In this document: piece after piece, positions 50,191 through 63,342 of the stretch
How positions within the stretch are numbered: the first letter of the stretch is position 1
Layout of the letters: the number at the start of each line of letters is the position of its first letter
Source of the DNA: Antedon mediterranea
Taxonomy: Eukaryota > Animalia > Echinodermata
Direction: 5' to 3'
NCBI RefSeq assembly: GCF_964355755.1
Contig: NC_092675.1
Location: 9,357,812-9,421,811, forward strand
DNA length: 64,000 nt
Notes under the pieces: model-generated
Database searches by the model: none
What the model was told of the DNA's origin: nothing
Seen by the model: the letters and a program-made list of their open reading frames with translations, nothing else
Made by a program: the position numbers and the translations under genes

Positions 50191-53100
50191 GTGACCCCTT
50201 TTATATTTATTATCTTGTATGTTTCTGTGGGCTTTTTTTTTTACTGATCCAGGTATTTATAAGTAATTTTTAACAGTTTGTGAATTTTGCAAAAATTTAG
50301 CATTTTTCAGCAAAACAAAATGTTAATAATAATAAATTAATAAATATCTAAAATAATTTTATATGAATTGATAACAAAATCCCTAAAATGACTATTAGGG
50401 TCATGTAAAAACATGCTACTGACTTGTTTTTACATAAAATTGTATTAAATCATTTATTTTGACATACTATTTTCAATTTCAGCATTTTATACAAAGAAAT
50501 TAACAAACCTTCTAAACATTTGTTATATCTGCAATAAGAGGTTAAATGCAATAGGCAATAGTAGAAAATTTTGATAAACTGAAAAATTGAAACTAGTGAG
50601 TGCTAAAATAGGACAAATTTCAAATCTTTAAATCAAAATTACTTAAAATTAAATTTAGTTATAAGAGGCATGTCTCAAAACGTTAGTTGGAAAGTGGAAC
50701 GATTCTCAATTTGGTATTTGATTTTCTAAATCCAATTATAAATGACACAAACCATGGTCCGGTAAGGGTGCAAAGTGTACACACTTAACAGCAAATGTTC
50801 TGAACTTTACAAAACATGGCACTTATTAATGATTTATTATTGTAACTTGATATTAACCATTTAAGTTGATGAAAAACTTGTTTGATATTCCAATAATGAC
50901 TGGCGAATGAAATGAAACATAATTTAATCTGATATCGTAATATGTTTTTTTAAAATTAAATTTTAACTCACAACAGTAACCTGTCTGGCATTAGGGAAAA
51001 GGAAACTCATACTCATGCAAGACTAGAACCAAAGACACTGTGATTGGTCATCTGTACAACAGGGTATGAACGTTGGTTCCTCTAAATTGAATCTAATCTC
51101 TGTTAGTATTCTATGTCAAATAAAGATCATATGAAAGCAAATAATATGAAAATTGCTGAACAATTATTAAACATTAAAACAAAAAGAATTGTTTAATACT
51201 AAAGCACCTCCACAAGTACAAAATGCCAAGTATACAATACACAAGAATGCCTCAATAAGAGACAAATTGAAACCTGCAAAATTGTCAACACCCGTATCTG
51301 ATCATTAATTATTTTGGGAACATTGGATAGGGTGGAGTAAATAAAAGAAATATATCGTTTGAATTACTAATAAACTATTGACTAATAAATCATCTGACAT
51401 AATCTGCTATTTCCTTTACATGGATTATGTATTGCCAATATGTCAGACTTGTTTGTCTGGCTTCGAATATTTATCTTTTCAAGATTTATAAAGTTTATAT
51501 CACAGCTACTGTAAATAAAAGAAATACTGCATGTGGTGAAACAGTTTGGCTACTGTACTTTACTTTTCTGAGATTTCTTTTCCAAGTTTGTTTACTATAT
51601 GCATATTATATACACACTATATTATTGCACAACAATTGAGGATGTAAAACATAATTATAACAAGTATTTTTATTGTGCTACCAGGAACCTGGTTGCTATA
51701 AAATTACTGAAGGGCTGATTTCACTATAATATAATACACGCCTGTGTACGGCCCTTTACCAACATTGACTGTCAGCTACTGTGATATATCAGTACTAGAT
51801 TCACATAATAGCTGGTTTTAAGAATTTAAATTTATAGCATTCATTCATATAAACTACTATATACATACATCCATCCAAAGGCAAACATGCTGTGACAATT
51901 AGAGATGCAAAATAAAAGAAAAAGGCAAAGATTGGTAAAATTGAAAAACAACCATGGAGAATATCAAGCTCTTCCTTTGTCATGGCAATGAAACCAGACC
52001 ATATGGAACTGTAATAATTGTTTTTTATTTTTATAACATACATAATATTTAATAAAGGAATGAATAATGTTGTTATAATTGTACAATACGACAAGAAAAC
52101 ATGTAATTAATTTTTAATTACCGACAAACTGAACTTCCACAAAAAAGATTTAAGTGCTCGATAACATAATTAAAAACATTACGATGATCTTGGTCTAAAA
52201 ATAAAATATTTCAATTAGATTATTACTCAATAGGCCTATTGTAAAGTTTGTGAGTTTGAAAATAAACAGATGGCATAAAGCTGTTTAAATGATAGACAAG
52301 ATAGCATTACAAGATGGAATGAACATCAGTATCATTCTTGTGAATAAATATATGTCAGTCTTTTAATTTAATTATTTATAAACTGTGCTTATAAAATCAA
52401 TTGAAAAATATGTAATATAAACTATGGTGACATAATACATTGGGAAGAAATGAAGAGTATCAACATTGATTTGGAATAAATGTTAACAAATTTAATTATA
52501 GATAAAAATGTTCTCCAAAATAAATTAATGGAGTGCTAGCATCAACAACATTTAAAATCACATTTGAAGTATATTTTATTATTCATTAAAAGCTGCCAAG
52601 TATGTGGTTCACTTCATCAATAAGAAATATTGGACAAATTGTAGCTAGGAACTTGCAATAAAAACAAAAGAAATTTAAGATAGAATTAATAATTATTAGT
52701 ATTATAGTATTAAAAAAGCTGACATGAATTACACTTTCAATAACTTGCTTCTCCCCATATGTGCCTATTTTCTATCCAAGACAACATTACTTTAGAAGAC
52801 CAGAGGTATACCTACTCATCTCGTAAGAAGTAATGTTTTTTAAGTTCATAAAATGCAATGGAGCTATGGTTTTATTGCGAGAAGAATTGCTCTAACTCAA
52901 ACCCAACGCATGTATCGTCATTATGCCAATACTTATTTATTAAACATTTGTTCCAAATTAGTTTTTGCTTTACAAAACAAGCCACTGCAGTCTAGAGTAT
53001 ACTTTTTTTTTCATTTTCTAATGTGTGTCAGAATCGTATTACAACCAGTACAGTCTGAATCATATGACTGTGTGCAAATGTATCTTTTTGGATGTTCAAT

Positions 53101-54430
53101 ATCAAAATATTTTCTAAAATGAAAGAAAGTTTTACCAGACTCAGCAATATTCACATTATCCAGACATTCACAATGATACATTATCAAACTAGAAACTGAA
53201 AAAGTCTCTGCAGACAAATGGGTTATGTATTATATTGGAAAATAGTATATAAATCGATCACTAGGCAAATCTATTCGCATGAATAAAACTTTCCTGGGCT
53301 CTGATTGGTTGCACATTTTCTTCTCATTGCAAAAAGTGGATGGAAGCATGAATACACAAACAAAAATTTTCTATTTGTGAGACTAAACTAAACTATGCCT
53401 TTTTGTCAAATTTTTACTTCACAATTTGTTCAAAATACCACCTTTTTACAGAGACAATTTGTACCAATTGTGCTGTGACATAATCTAATACATTTAAAAT
53501 GTAATGTGTTTTCTGTTTATCCTGTTGTACTTCATAATGTTATTTATCATGATCTATTAATATCATAAGGAGAAACCATTCATTCACAATTTATACATCA
53601 TTTATGCTAATAAGGTATCTTTTGACATGAAAACTGGGCCAATAAGGTTGTGTGTACAATACTAGATTAATTGGCTGATTCAATTTTATGAATTAATTAA
53701 TCATGTTAAATTAGGCTAATTATGCTTCTGCAATGTATTCCACTAGAGCATGTTGAGGTTATCACATTGTTTTATAATTTAATGTTCACTTCATACTCAG
53801 TGATTTTATATTAAATGGATTCAACAGAATGCTAGTAATGATTATTTGATTATCATAATGTACTTTACTAATAGGATGATATAGTTTCTAATCTATCAGT
53901 TTTGAAAGGCTTTGATGTTGTCCCATTTCTGTAGGAATTACCTTTCAACACTGATAAATGTATTAAATAAAGTCTTAGTATGAATTAATCAAAAAGGTAA
54001 GTAAACTGACAAATTTAATTTAAAACATCATGAAAATAATTTGAATCACTCGCTGTTGACAGGTCTAAGAAAATTGTATTTATGAGCCCGGGTAATTCTC
54101 AAAGATAATATCGTCTTAATGTTAATTAGCATGCTTTTAATGATAAAGGTGATATGTTGCAAGATGTAAAATGAAATGTTGTTAACATGAATTAAAAGCA
54201 GAGGGGAGTGGTTTACATTAGAATGAATAACTTTGACTTTATACTGTAAAAAACAATGTTTGCAGATAAACAACCATGATTTAAACCCACAGTTCAATAT
54301 GATTTGTTTTTATTCTTGAAAATTGTTAACTTTCATAACATATCAGGAACAATATATGGCGTATCTATCAAAAACATTTAGCTTTAACTTTAGTCCATTT
54401 AACATAAATTAGGAAGAATCGACTCAAACA

Positions 54431-56402
54431 AAGTGTCCCCTTAATAGGGGTAGGCTGTAGCATTAACATTATGGAAAACATTCTTGCATGTGAAAGTGTC
54501 CCCTTAATAGGGGTAGGCTGTAGCATTAACATTATGGAAAACATTCTTGCATGTGATAGTGTCCCCTTAATAGGGGTAGGCTGTAGCATTAACATTATGG
54601 AAAACATTCTTGCATGTGATAGTGTCCCCTTAATAGGGGTAGGCTGTAGCATTAACATTATGGAAAACATTCTTGCATGTGATAGTGTCCCCTTAATAGG
54701 GGTAGGCTGTAGCATTAACATTATGGAAAACATTCTTGCATGTAATAGTGTCCCCTTAATAGGGGTAGGCTGTACAGTAGCATTAACATTATGGAAAACA
54801 TTCTTGCATGTGATAGTGTCCCCTTAATAGGGGTAGGCTGTAGCATTAACATTATGGAAAACATTCTTGCATGTGATAGTGTCCCTTAATAGGGGTAGGC
54901 TGTAGCATTAACATTATGGAAAACATTCTTGCATGTGATAGTGTCCCCTTAATAGGGGTAGGCTGTAGCATTAACATTATGGAAAACATTCTTGCATGTG
55001 ATAGTGTCCCCTTAATAGGGGTAGGCTGTAGCATTAACATTATGGAAAACATTCTTGCATGTGATAGTGTCCCTTAATAGGGGTAGGCTGTAGCATTAAC
55101 ATTATGGGAAACATTCTTGCATGTGAAAGTGTCCCCTTAATAGAGGTAGGCTGTAGCATTAACATTATGGAAAACATTCTTGCATGTGAAAGTGTCCCCT
55201 TAATAGGGGTAGGCTGTAGCATTAACATTATGGAAAACATTCTTGCATGTGATAGTGTCCCCTTAATAGGGGTAGGCTGTAGCATTAACATTATGGAAAA
55301 CATTCTTGCATGTGATAGTGTCCCCTTAATAGGGGTAGGCTGTAGCATTAACATTATGGAAAACATTCTTGCATGTGATAGTGTCCCCTTAATAGGGGTA
55401 GGCTGTAGCATTAACATTATGGAAAACATTCTTGCATGTGAAAGTGTCCCCTTAATAGGGGTAGGCTGTAGCATTAACATTATGGAAAACATTCTTGCAT
55501 GTGAAAGTGTCCCCTTAATAGGGATAGGCTGTAGCATTAACATTATGGAAAACATTCTTGCATGTGATAGTGTCCCTTAATAGGGGTAGGCTGTAGCATT
55601 AACATTATGGGAAACATTCTTGCATGTGAAAGTGTCCCCTTAATAGAGGTAGGCTGTAGCATTAACATTATGGAAAACATTCTTGCATGTGAAAGTGTCC
55701 CCTTAATAGGGGTAGGCTGTAGCATTAACATTATGGAAAACATTCTTGCATGTGATAGTGTCCCCTTAATAGGGGTAGGCTGTAGCATTAACATTATGGA
55801 AAACATTCTTGCATGTGATAGTGTCCCCTTAATAGGGGTAGGCTGTAGCATTAACATTATGGAAAACATTCTTGCATGTGAAAGTGTCCCCTTAATAGGG
55901 GTAGGCTGTAGCATTAACATTATGGAAAACATTCTTGCATGTGAAAGTGTCCCCTTAATAGGGATAGGCTGTAGCATTAACATTATGGAAAACATTCTTG
56001 CATGTGATAGTGTCCCTTAATAGGGGTAGGCTGTAGCATTAACATTATGGAAAACATTCTTGCATGTGATAGTGTCCCCTTAATAGGGGTAGGCTGTAGC
56101 ATTAACATTATGGAAAACATTCTTGCATGTGATAGTGTCCCCTTAATAGGGGTAGGCTGTAGCATTAACATTATGGGAAACATTCTTGCATGTGATAGTG
56201 TCCCCTTAATAGGGGTAGGCTGTAGCATTAACATTATGGAAAACATTATTGCATGTGAAAGTGTCCCTTAATAGGGGTAGGCTGTAGCATTAACATTATG
56301 GGAAACATTCTTGCATGTAATAGTGTCCCTTAATAGGGGTAGGCTGTAGCATTAACATTATGGAAAACATTCTTGCATGTGAAAGTGTCCCCTTAATAGG
56401 GG
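54431..56402. repeat. 63-bp tandem array (minisatellite), ~31 copies
   Basis: Unit AGTGTCCCCTTAATAGGGGTAGGCTGTAGCATTAACATTATGGAAAACATTCTTGCATGTGA(T/A); near-identical copies. Confidence 0.98.
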
Positions 56403-56739
56403 GTTCTAGAATAGTTCAATGATTCAGTTATATTTAAAAAGGTGAAGATATATTTGCATCTTTTAACAAATTACTATTCAAATGAAATCATCAGCTAAAG
56501 CTTTTTGATGATGGATTTTTGGCAATTGGCATGTCAAATCATCAGGTCAAAGAGTAGAGCAGTCACTAATAAAATGACTAGAATAAACAGAGGGGAGTGG
56601 TTCATTTGAATTACTCAGCATTTACTTTGGACTTTTAAACTAATTTGAATTGGAGCTTTTTCATGAAAGGGATATTGAATATGTGCTGGGATGTTGTGCA
56701 TAGATTGAGAGCAGAGGGGAGTATGTAGAAGTGACTCAC

Positions 56740-56826
56740 CAGATGGATGGCAACATGCATGCTGCAATGGTGCTGTAGACAGAATCTGTACATGGAATCC
56801 TCTGGCGACTGTTGCAACATAAACAT
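56740..56826 (-). other. Orphan exon-like segment (87 nt)
   Basis: Acceptor ccttttcag, strong donor CTG|gtgagt, GC-richer than flanks, open in all three frames; parent transcript unknown. Confidence 0.4.
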
Positions 56827-57037
56827 CTGAAAAGGAAGTGGATGTTATAAAATCACATGGTAAATTCCCTCTGTTGTTTCCCTGTCATCTGGCTATTCTA
56901 TATGGAACAGGCAAACATGTGAATCCCATTTTTAGAAAATCTATTTGGAATTCAGTATTTTACATTTTGTCATACACATGATCAATGTTTGTATGGTAAT
57001 GCATTGTTTTTAAATTTGCAAAGAAGCTGCTGTCTTA

Positions 57038-57190
57038 AGCTATTGTCTACACTATCAAACTTTATGTGATGATATGTGTAAAATGTGATATATCCATATA
57101 TGGACATGATGATGTCATATCACTACCATATTTGAGTATCACTACATCACACTTTTTTTGTCAAACTGGTTTGATGGTGTAGACAGAGCT
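57038..57190. mobile_element. MITE family A copy
   Basis: Complete TIRs and TTA TSD on both sides. Confidence 0.82.
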
Positions 57191-57647
57191 TTAGAAAAGT
57201 AAAACCTCTTTAGAATTAATTATGCTAGAGATATTTAATGACAGATCTGGTATAAAAAGTACAGTTTAAGTTAAAACACCAACATTTGATTAATTGTCTG
57301 TTGTTAACCACATTCACGTTTGCATTTCCTCTATTAATTTCGTTTGTAATTTTAACAAATTAATTAAATTATGTTTATGGGAAAATATAGTTGTAAAATA
57401 TTAGGTTTAAATATTTATCTGTTTATGGAATAACATCAATGTCAAAATGATCAATGATAAATTTGTTTCAGCAACAAACAAATGTCAGTATTAATCGAAA
57501 GTAAAATATAAAAGGTGTTTTTGTATGTTTTATATAATTTAGAAAAAGTGCAAAGTATATAGTTCACTAATTTCTAACTAACTTTAGCAACCATTGAAGT
57601 ATCATATAAATGTGATGTAATCAATCATTTGATGGATGGGTACATCA

Positions 57648-58404
57648 CAGGGGCGGATCTAGGATTTTGATAAAGAGGGGGCCGATATGGGAAAAATAAT
57701 CGTCTAGGGAGGTTGGATGGCATCCCCCCCCCCCCCCCCGGGAAACTTTTTTTCTACACGCCCGGAGATAGCATCTCGATTCTTGTCATATAATTATCTG
57801 AATAATTATAGTGGGTTTTATAGACCATATTAAATATATGGAACTGGTTTTTTTGCGCCTAAAGCCTGTTTTTCCGTCGCGTATTTTTACATATTTTTTA
57901 CGTGATTGTTGGTTTCTTGGTTCTTTCGACGTTGCTGGGACACATGGACGTGAAATTTTGCAAAGCCAAGTCTGTGTGAAAATTGAAAAAGTTGCAGGTT
58001 TGATGCTTCAACCCAGCCGGCCTAGGACATGTTTTCGCTGATATCTTAATCTAGTCTTTACACTAAAGACAACATTAAATTTAATTGTTTTTATATTAAA
58101 ATTAGTTTTACTTACACTTAGTTATTTTGAAATATACTTTAAAAGAGTACAAAAAACATCGTCGCGTTGTAAAAAATAAGAATTGTCACAAACAATGATG
58201 ACGTAATTTATAAACTATTTGATTGGTCAGTCAGTTTTACCGATCGTAACGTTGAAGTTAAAAACAAATGAAGATTTTAACGATTTTTAATGTTGATTTG
58301 TACCCCTTTTTCCTGTAAAATCGTTGATAAAATTGTATGTAAATGGGTGCATAATATATATTTATTACAACTAACTAACTAACTACCAACTAAATCCGCC
58401 CCTG
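57648..58404. mobile_element. hAT-like non-autonomous element with 5-bp TSD
   Basis: TIR CAGGGGCGGATCTAG / CTAAATCCGCCCCTG; CATCA on both flanks. Confidence 0.78.
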
Positions 58405-59784
58405 CATCATAAAGTGATTTATATATAAACTTTCATTGTAGTAACCATCAATAACGCTTTTCAACAAAGGGTCTATTTTCATTAACAAAACATTTCTCTG
58501 ACTAGATGTTCATAACCCACCTGTGTTAAATACCTCTGTCACCTGTCAACATGACACCTGCTTCATGCTTGAGTGAATCACATTATAAACTCTTTCATGC
58601 ATGAGTGACTCATTGCAAACTTCTGTATGCTTGAGTGATTCACACATTACAGGTACAGTACAATTTACAAATCAAAAATGTTTTCTGTAGACCTACTCAT
58701 CAGTTAATTGACCTAGAGAGAGGTTAAGTTTGTGTGGCCCTACCCTTCCTTCCCTCACAACCTATTAAATCAATTGATTTCAGTTAAATCAGTCAACAAT
58801 ATTGTGGATGTGTGAAAGCGAAAGATACTTTGTTCAACTTACAATTATTATAATACGAGGAATTCAAAGAACATATTCAGTTTCATATCTTTAATATTTT
58901 GCCAAAATTTGGTTGACTATGATCTCTCCTATCAAGAGCTCTCACCTATGATTGCCACATATTCAGAATCAATTCTTCAAATTTTTTTTAATACGCCACC
59001 CTGAAGTAGTCACTACGTAGTTTTTTTTTGTGGAGTTTCACGAAGCAGGATTTCTGGAACTACAAAAAAAAAGGAGAGATAGTAATTTAAGGCCATATCT
59101 ACCACCTACTAGATCAAATCTATCAAATTCATACCATATGCAACTAATTTACAGATAAAAAAACCTGATTATTTCAAGTTACCAAAGCTCATTTTGAGTA
59201 ACATTTAAATAATTGATAAACCAATAAGGGTTGTTGTTAATATCACATGACCTCAACTAAATAAAGACGTGAGAATAACAAAAATGAACACATCAACTAA
59301 GTTTCCTTAAGATGGTATGAGTCAGATAGCCTAGCGAATCATGATAACACTTGCCCTAATACTGGGTTACAACACAAGGCACGTCGCCAAAATTATAAAA
59401 ATCAAAATTGCATTAGTCTATACAGTATATTAATAATAGACAAACGTTTATGAGTACTTTTGGCATAGCTATACATTGGAGCAGTCCCCAGAAGATTAAT
59501 TTTATATTATGAATAATCTTTCAATTTATTATAAACCTGTTACTCCCAAAGGAAAGGGCCAAACTGATGCAGTTGGTTAGTGTGAATATTGTATAGGTAA
59601 TATTATACTGTAACTCAATTTCAAAACATAGGAAATGTATGTAGAATATATAGGTTACAACTTTACCATAAATTGGAGAAAATAAACTATAATACTGAAT
59701 GAAAACATACAATGGAAAGTGAAATCAGTTACAGTCATGTGGAAGTCATGTTTTATGAGAATATATTATTAACAGAAGAGATTT

Positions 59785-60080
59785 GAGTGGCTGAGCAGTT
59801 AAGACAGTTGAACCATAATTACGTAATAGCCATAAAATCGGCAAGGGTGTGGGTCACATGCTCCATGGTTCTGGTGGTCTGCTCGGATAAGGACTATAAA
59901 CCATAGGTCCAGTATACACATCTAGCTCATGTGCACTTTAAAGAACCTAGTACATCTTTCGAGATGAGTACACGGGTGTACTAGTTACAAACAGCCACTT
60001 TCACTCACCTCACAGCCATAACTGGGCTCTTGGGGAGACCAGTCTTTGACTGAAGAGGTTCCCGGTATAAATAAATAGTA
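59785..60080 (+). mobile_element. tRNA-derived SINE with Nin/Deu-like domain
   Basis: A-box-like GTGGCTGAGCAGTTAAGAC; body CGGATAAGGACTATAAACC..GCACTTTAAAGAACCTAGTACATCTTTCGAG resembles the 23-kb SINE; A-rich tail. Confidence 0.7.
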
Positions 60081-60475
60081 AATTTAAAAATAAAAACATA
60101 TGACAAAATGTTTCACCATCAGTTTAAGTATCTATTTTGTTTTCTTTACAAAAACAAAGATGAACTTTTTAGATGCAGGGCCAAATTTCAAACAGTGACA
60201 AGAATCATAATTATAATTTATATTTTTGCTTTTGTCACACAGCTGTTTACTTTTACTATAGCTTGTTTATAAATGTATTGCTGTGTGCACTTTGGTTGGT
60301 TGTGTAGTACTACTCCCTTGTATATTTACCTATGTTTGTTATGTTCGAATCTTACCCCCTTGGTTACTGATTTGACATGTTTATGACCATGTTTACCAAC
60401 TTGGTATAATTATTAGAATAAGACCACTTTTTATTTTTAAATTGTGTTACCCAGTGTATTCTGATTGGATAAGTA

Positions 60476-61116
60476 CCCGGGGGGGATCGCTCTTAAATAT
60501 TTCCATACGGGGAGGTGCCGCATTTACGGGTATATTTTCGAGGGCCTGGTAGCACAAGTGTGGGAAAATATGAAGAGTTGGTAGCACAAGTGTGGGAAAT
60601 GACAGGGTGAAATTAGTAGTTTAAGTCCCTAGCCCGCCCACCCGTGTCAAAATGTCACGATTTATCGCAAAATTTTGCAGGTATTTTAGCATACTGGATG
60701 CTATAAGCCCATCGCGGGGCCTATCGCTAAATACCTTTGAATAGGCCTAGAGTTTTCGCATCAGCAGAAAAACACGAAACATCCAGCCTAGGACAAAATC
60801 ATTCAACTGTGACCACTCTTGATCATCGTCGTCATGCACCCCGCGGATGCGCGAGATAAACTTTCAAAACACATTCGTGATTTTTCCATGAACGGTCTCT
60901 TTGGCCATGCGCAGATCATGCTGGGAACCAGTACAAATTTTGCGCCCTCTCTGGCGTGGCCTTGTTTCTGTCGTCTTTTTAGAGAACACTGGATTTTGGT
61001 AAATGGTAGTTCAAGTCCGTAGTATTTTTCAGTAAAACAGGTAGCGCAAGTGCCTCATGTCTTGAAGTGGCTGCTGCAGCCCCCTGTTTGGTTTATATAC
61101 AAGTGACCCCCCCGGG
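60476..61116. mobile_element. Non-autonomous DNA transposon with CCCGGGGGGG termini
   Basis: CCCGGGGGGG..CCCCCCCGGG flanked by duplicated GATAAGTA (8-10 bp depending on register); internal TGGTAGCACAAGTGTGGGAAA x2. Confidence 0.82.
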
Positions 61117-61338
61117 GATAAGTACCTATATGCAAATAGTTAACTACCCCCGCCCCCTCCTTTAAATAGCACCTACACCCAAAGATTGTTAGTAGTTGTT
61201 GTGTGGTCCTAATTCTGCTGGTTTCTTTCACCAACTCAGTCAATCCTTATTAGTGGATGTTACTTGACTTCTTATAGTGCAATTCTGGGTAAGATTATAT
61301 TTTTGTTCATTAATTTCCTCCACCTAAATTTTTCAAGC

Positions 61339-61690
61339 CTACCCCATTAAAAAAATCCCCGGGATCCAATAAATTCCCGGCGGGAAAAATGGTCGGTATT
61401 CACTGCGGGATAATATCAAAATCCCACATTTTTTTTGTTGAAATTTAGATTTTATCTGAATATTCCGACAGGATGTATGGTCAGTATTTCCGCTCCCGAC
61501 TGGGACCCCGCCAAATGGCTGAGACTTTTGAAGACAAGAGTTCAGCCGTGTTTTCAACCGGGATCCAGTACCAAAGGCAAAATCCCAACCCAAATAAAAA
61601 TGTTAATCCCGCCGAATGTGTCTCAAAATATTTGAGCACTGGTTTCAGAATTCACGGCTATTCCTTGAACTGACTTCACTAGGGCGACTC
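61339..61690. mobile_element. Unclassified GC-rich repeat with AAAATCCC subrepeats
   Basis: Repeated AAAATCCC/GGGAT motifs, CpG-rich; ends TTCACTAGGG. Confidence 0.35.
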
Positions 61691-62755
61691 AATTGCATAA
61701 ATTGTCGTATACCATGATTGTCCTTTTGAATTCAGATGCCCCCATTCATGAATAACACCAGAACCATGATTTACATAATCGGTTATTCGGACAGACATCA
61801 ATGGACTAGATGCAAAAAAAAAACCAATTAAAAAAACAAAAAGTGATCACAAAGTTTATTTTTCTTCTTTTTCTAGATTTTGTATTTTTTGTTACGGATT
61901 ACCCGAATTTAGCATTCAATTACTACCTGTACTACTTTGGTCCCACACTATTTCTGGATAGATGTTAAAAATGTAAAACCTAAAAATAAAATATAGACAA
62001 ATTTAATTTATTGGTATAATAATAACAGCATCACATTAAAAAATATATAACCATTTATTAGATACGCTGTAGATACTAGATACTACTGTATGTTTAGCAG
62101 TAGAACAGTAGTTATAATATAAATTAATTAATTGTTGTTATTGTTGAATTGAGGGTAGGACGCTATTGGTTTCCTGAGTAGTACTTCTGCATCATTTGCC
62201 ATTTTTATTTTCGTGTTTCTAGGATGTACGGTTTACGAGTTTTGAGGAATCAGACATTATCTGAGGTCAAAGGTCAAATTTTAAAAGTTGCGAATTTTTG
62301 ATACAAGTTGCCATACCAAGTTTTATGCTTCTAACCAAATTTGAAATATTTTGGGTCTAAGAAGAGCCCAACTACAAGTAATGTAGAAATTAGTGAAGGT
62401 AGACTTTCTGAAAACGGTGAATGTCCTCTCGTAGAAAGACGGTCTTTAGGCTTAGCCTAGCTATAGTCAGGTTCCTCATGTATGAAAATAGGGGTTCCGT
62501 AGGATTTTAATGCCCAAAGTGAGATTTCACTTGATTTTACTTTATTTTGGTGCTAGGATACCAAAAATGCTAGGTAACAAATTTTCACGATCCCGTAACC
62601 ATGGTAACAGCCCCAAATTCAAAATGGCGACCAAATGACCATATCTCCATATACTCTAGTAGCTAGATCAACTTTCGTATGCACTTTGAGGTCCAGAGAA
62701 TTTGCCTTCAGAAATTGGTTTAGGGTGGTCAAACAATCATTTTTGGCTTGGTTAC

Positions 62756-63342
62756 ACATTTTGAAAATGTGGCGAAAGGTCAAAAGGTCAGGGTGAAAGG
62801 TCATAAGACCAAACACCAATATGTCCTTAAATCTCAACAACCACTGGTCACAGCGAAGTAATTTTGGTCTCAAATTGATCAGAAGGTATACATTTATATT
62901 CAGTCTAATGGGACATTTTAGTTTAAAATGACCGGAAATGCCATTTCTGACCTTTGACCCACAACCCAGGGCATGTATTTATCTTCGTAACTACTGGTCG
63001 TAGACACTTGAATTTGGTTTTAAATTGTTCGAAATATATATTTTGTTATTTGAAAAACATTTTTAAAAATGTTACAAAAGGTCAAAGGGTCAGGGTCAAG
63101 GGTTATATAAACAAATAAATAAAGGTACTTGTATCTCGGCAACCACTGGTCGCAGCAAGTCAATTTTGGTCTCAAAATGTTCAAAATGCATGCATTTATA
63201 TTCCGTCTAATGGGGAATTTTAGTAAAAAATTATCAGAAATGCCATTTCTGACCTTTGACCCACATACCAGGGCATCTTCATATCTCTGTAAGTACTGGT
63301 CGTAGAAACTTAAATTTGGTATAAAATTGTTCGAAATATACA
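62756..63342. repeat. Two diverged ~300-bp tandem units within a larger TGACCTTTGACC-type interspersed repeat (~62160-63342)
   Basis: Units start at ~62756 and ~63057 and share CAACCACTGGTC, GGTCTCAAA, GCCATTTCTGACCTTTGACCCAC, TACTGGTCGTAGA and AATTGTTCGAAATATA. Confidence 0.8.

Noticed and set aside
24918-54297. Numerous 60-137 aa ORFs in the track
   Set aside because: AT-rich, I/L/F/K/N-biased, often non-ATG starts and no recognisable domains; expected by chance in intronic DNA.
54431-56402. CRISPR-like array (palindromic repeat plus spacer) and repetitive ORFs on both strands
   Set aside because: The would-be spacers are identical and there are no cas genes. The ORFs arise because 63 is divisible by 3 and are broken by 1-bp deletions.
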